A DNA stretch of 64,000 nucleotides, taken from NCBI GenBank assembly GCA_001778235.1, contig MFGJ01000001.1, positions 5,152-69,151 of the forward strand, in the 5' to 3' direction. The translations under genes and the position numbers were made by a program. This DNA is from Candidatus Falkowbacteria bacterium RIFOXYC2_FULL_36_12. Lineage in GTDB: Bacteria; Patescibacteriota; Patescibacteriia; UBA11705. Shown here piece by piece: positions 61,831 through 64,000 of this stretch; position 1 is the first letter of the stretch, and each line of letters begins with the position of its first letter. The notes beneath the pieces were generated by a model that had not been told where the DNA came from, searched no databases, and worked only from the letters and a program-made list of their open reading frames with translations.

Positions 61831-63102
61831 ATGGTAGCAACTAAATCAAAAAAAATAGCCCAGAAAAAAGCTTTGCAGGAAAAAGACCTTAATTCAAAAA
61901 TGGCGCAACTTTTGGAAAAAGATATTACAAACTTCAAACCACTTGAAATGAATCAATTGGTAAAAGGCACTGTGATCAATGCGACAAAAACTGAAGTCTT
62001 GGTTGATGTTGAGGGCATCACTACTGGGATAATCCGAGGCAAAGAATTGTCTTATGATACCGAAGAACAACAGCAACTAAAAGTTGGTGACAATGTTGAA
62101 GCTACGGTGATTGATCTTGAAAATGAAATCGGCATGCTTGAACTGTCATTTCGTTTTGCCAGTCATCAGAAAGCATGGGAAAATTTGGATATATTCAGAC
62201 AAGAGAATAAAATTGTTAGCGCTAAAATTCTTGATGCCAATAAAGGTGGTTTGTTAATCACTGTCAATGGAGTAAAAGGATTTTTGCCTGTATCACAATT
62301 AAATCCTGAACATTATCCTCGAGTCCCTGGCGGAGATAAAAATAAAATTTTGGATAAACTGAAAAGTTATGTCGGAGAATCATTTGAAGCTAAAGTTATT
62401 GATGTTGATGAATCTCAAGAAAAATTAATTGTTTCAGAAAAAGCTGCCTGGGAAGAAACCCAGAAAGATGTCCTTGATAAATACAAAGTCGGAGATGTAA
62501 TTGACGGAACAATAACAGCTGTAACTGATTTTGGAATCTTTATTAAATTCGGTGAAAACCTTGAAGGATTGGTTCATATTTCTGAACTTGCTTGGCAGAG
62601 AATTGATAACCCAGCTGAACTATTCAAGGTTGGACAAGATATCAAAGCAGAAATTATCAATATTGAAGGCTCAAAGATTTTCTTGTCAATCAAAAAACTT
62701 CAGACTGACCCATGGACTGACATTGAAAAGAAATACAAGGTTGGTCAATTGGTAAAAGGTAAAGTATTAAAAGTAAATCCATTTGGATTATTTGTCGAGC
62801 TAGACAAGGACATCCACGGACTTGCTCATGTGTCTGAACTGTCAAATAAAACCATTACCAACACTGAAGATATTGCCAAGCCTGGAGATGAAAAAGAATT
62901 TAAGATTGTTTCAATAGAACCAAATGAACATAGACTTGGTTTGAGCTTGAAAGATCTTGAGGGAAAAGCGAGTTCAGCGAGTACAGTAAATACAGCAAGT
63001 AAAGATGCTGTAGAGGAGAAAGAGACTGAAAAAGTTGAGGATGTTAAGCAGAAGGAACATGTTGAAACAACTGAAGACGAAAAAACAGTAGATAAAGAAT
63101 AA
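61831..63102 (+). CDS. rpsA: 30S ribosomal protein S1
   Basis: Four S1 domains (GFLPVSQL, GLVHISEL, GLAHVSEL). Confidence 0.93.
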   Translation: MVATKSKKIAQKKALQEKDLNSKMAQLLEKDITNFKPLEMNQLVKGTVINATKTEVLVDVEGITTGIIRGKELSYDTEEQQQLKVGDNVEATVIDLENEIGMLELSFRFASHQKAWENLDIFRQENKIVSAKILDANKGGLLITVNGVKGFLPVSQLNPEHYPRVPGGDKNKILDKLKSYVGESFEAKVIDVDESQEKLIVSEKAAWEETQKDVLDKYKVGDVIDGTITAVTDFGIFIKFGENLEGLVHISELAWQRIDNPAELFKVGQDIKAEIINIEGSKIFLSIKKLQTDPWTDIEKKYKVGQLVKGKVLKVNPFGLFVELDKDIHGLAHVSELSNKTITNTEDIAKPGDEKEFKIVSIEPNEHRLGLSLKDLEGKASSASTVNTASKDAVEEKETEKVEDVKQKEHVETTEDEKTVDKE

Positions 63103-63114
63103 ATTCTGATATAT

Positions 63115-63142
63115 AAAGCCCCGCTGAAAAGCGGGGCTTTTT
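63115..63142 (+). terminator. Terminator after rpsA
   Basis: aaagccccgct-gaaa-agcggggcttt. Confidence 0.85.
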
Positions 63143-63257
63143 GGATTTAGTTTATACCTTGCCAATTAATCAAACAACATTGACAAAGTCTACTATTATT
63201 GATATAATTGTTTATCACAGAATCACTTTGACAAAGCAAAAGGGCAAGGAGAGTGAG

Positions 63258-63842
63258 ATGAGAGAAACACTGTCAATAATTGCAGGTATTTTATTCGTAA
63301 TTGGTTTTGTTCCTTATGTAATTGCAATCTTGAGAAAAGAAACTAAGCCGGAAAAAGCAACATGGATTATCTGGGCGACACTTGATTCTCTCACTTTGGC
63401 TGGAATGTACTACGAAGAAACTGTGAATGGACAAATTGTTGGGGCTGTTTTAGGAGTTTGGATTGTGGTGTTTTTTGCCATGAAGTATGGGACACCTGGC
63501 TGGACATTGCTAGATAAAGCATGCCTGATGGGAGCAGTGATAGGAATTGCACTTTGGCAAATTTTTAGTGACCCACTGTTTGGAATCATGACCAGTCTAG
63601 TCGTGGTATCTCTAGGCTCTATTCCGACCTTTGTATCAGCCTGGGAAGACCCAAGTAAAGAAAATAAGCTGGCATGGGTGATTTTCTGGGTTTCTAGTGT
63701 TCTCGCGGTGATTACTATCCCTCATTGGACGCTAGAAGATGCAGCCCAACCAATAACATTTTGCGTTGTTGAGTCGATAATGATGTATATTTTATTTTCA
63801 CGAAATCAAAAAACAATTTCAAAGACATCAGTAAAAATCTGA
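63258..63842 (+). CDS. Membrane protein with PQ-loop/SWEET-like duplicated halves
   Basis: FVPY...TKP...TW and SIPT...P.KE...W repeats; AAGGAG SD. Confidence 0.65.
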   Translation: MRETLSIIAGILFVIGFVPYVIAILRKETKPEKATWIIWATLDSLTLAGMYYEETVNGQIVGAVLGVWIVVFFAMKYGTPGWTLLDKACLMGAVIGIALWQIFSDPLFGIMTSLVVVSLGSIPTFVSAWEDPSKENKLAWVIFWVSSVLAVITIPHWTLEDAAQPITFCVVESIMMYILFSRNQKTISKTSVKI

Positions 63843-64000
63843 AGTCTTTTTTTATTAAAAAAATCAACAATGTTATTGCTGATTTGCTGGTGAGAATTCC
63901 TTACCCGTCCGAGTATTCGCGATTTGGATCCAAATCACTAACTTGTAAAGTATCTCCTGAAGGATTTATCGCCAACTGATTGTAATGACGAATAATACTT

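Noticed and set aside
63901-64000. Possible 3' end of a minus-strand CDS (...DLDPNREYSDG*)
   Set aside because: Too short at the window edge to support a call.

Overview
AT-rich bacterial chromosome segment, standard genetic code. Gene content and style point to Patescibacteria/CPR, probably Parcubacteria-ABY1 (inference). The style cues are TrmB pairs, DUF4012, a stand-alone SWIB protein, split PEP-utiliser proteins, MurE with an NEDPY motif and core genes without Shine-Dalgarno sites. Core genes include secG, rnj, rnpB, five tRNAs, leuS, rnhB, gdhA, trxAB, infB, ftsH, rpoBC, murE, rbfA, nrnA, gyrA and rpsA. There is also a surface-glycosylation region and many orphan genes. The main discovery is the RNase P RNA gene (about 5961-6565), which carries a complete 88-aa GIY-YIG nuclease ORF inside its P3 hairpin. 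The ORF's start and stop codons lie within a perfect 22-bp inverted repeat that forms P3. The window also holds several families of small hairpin elements inserted without target duplication: into the T-loop of tRNA-Ser, in frame into murE, into hairpin loops, into a tandem array and into themselves. Together these suggest a hairpin-targeting mobile micro-element system (hypothesis). All calls come from reading motifs by eye; no searches or folding programs were run.
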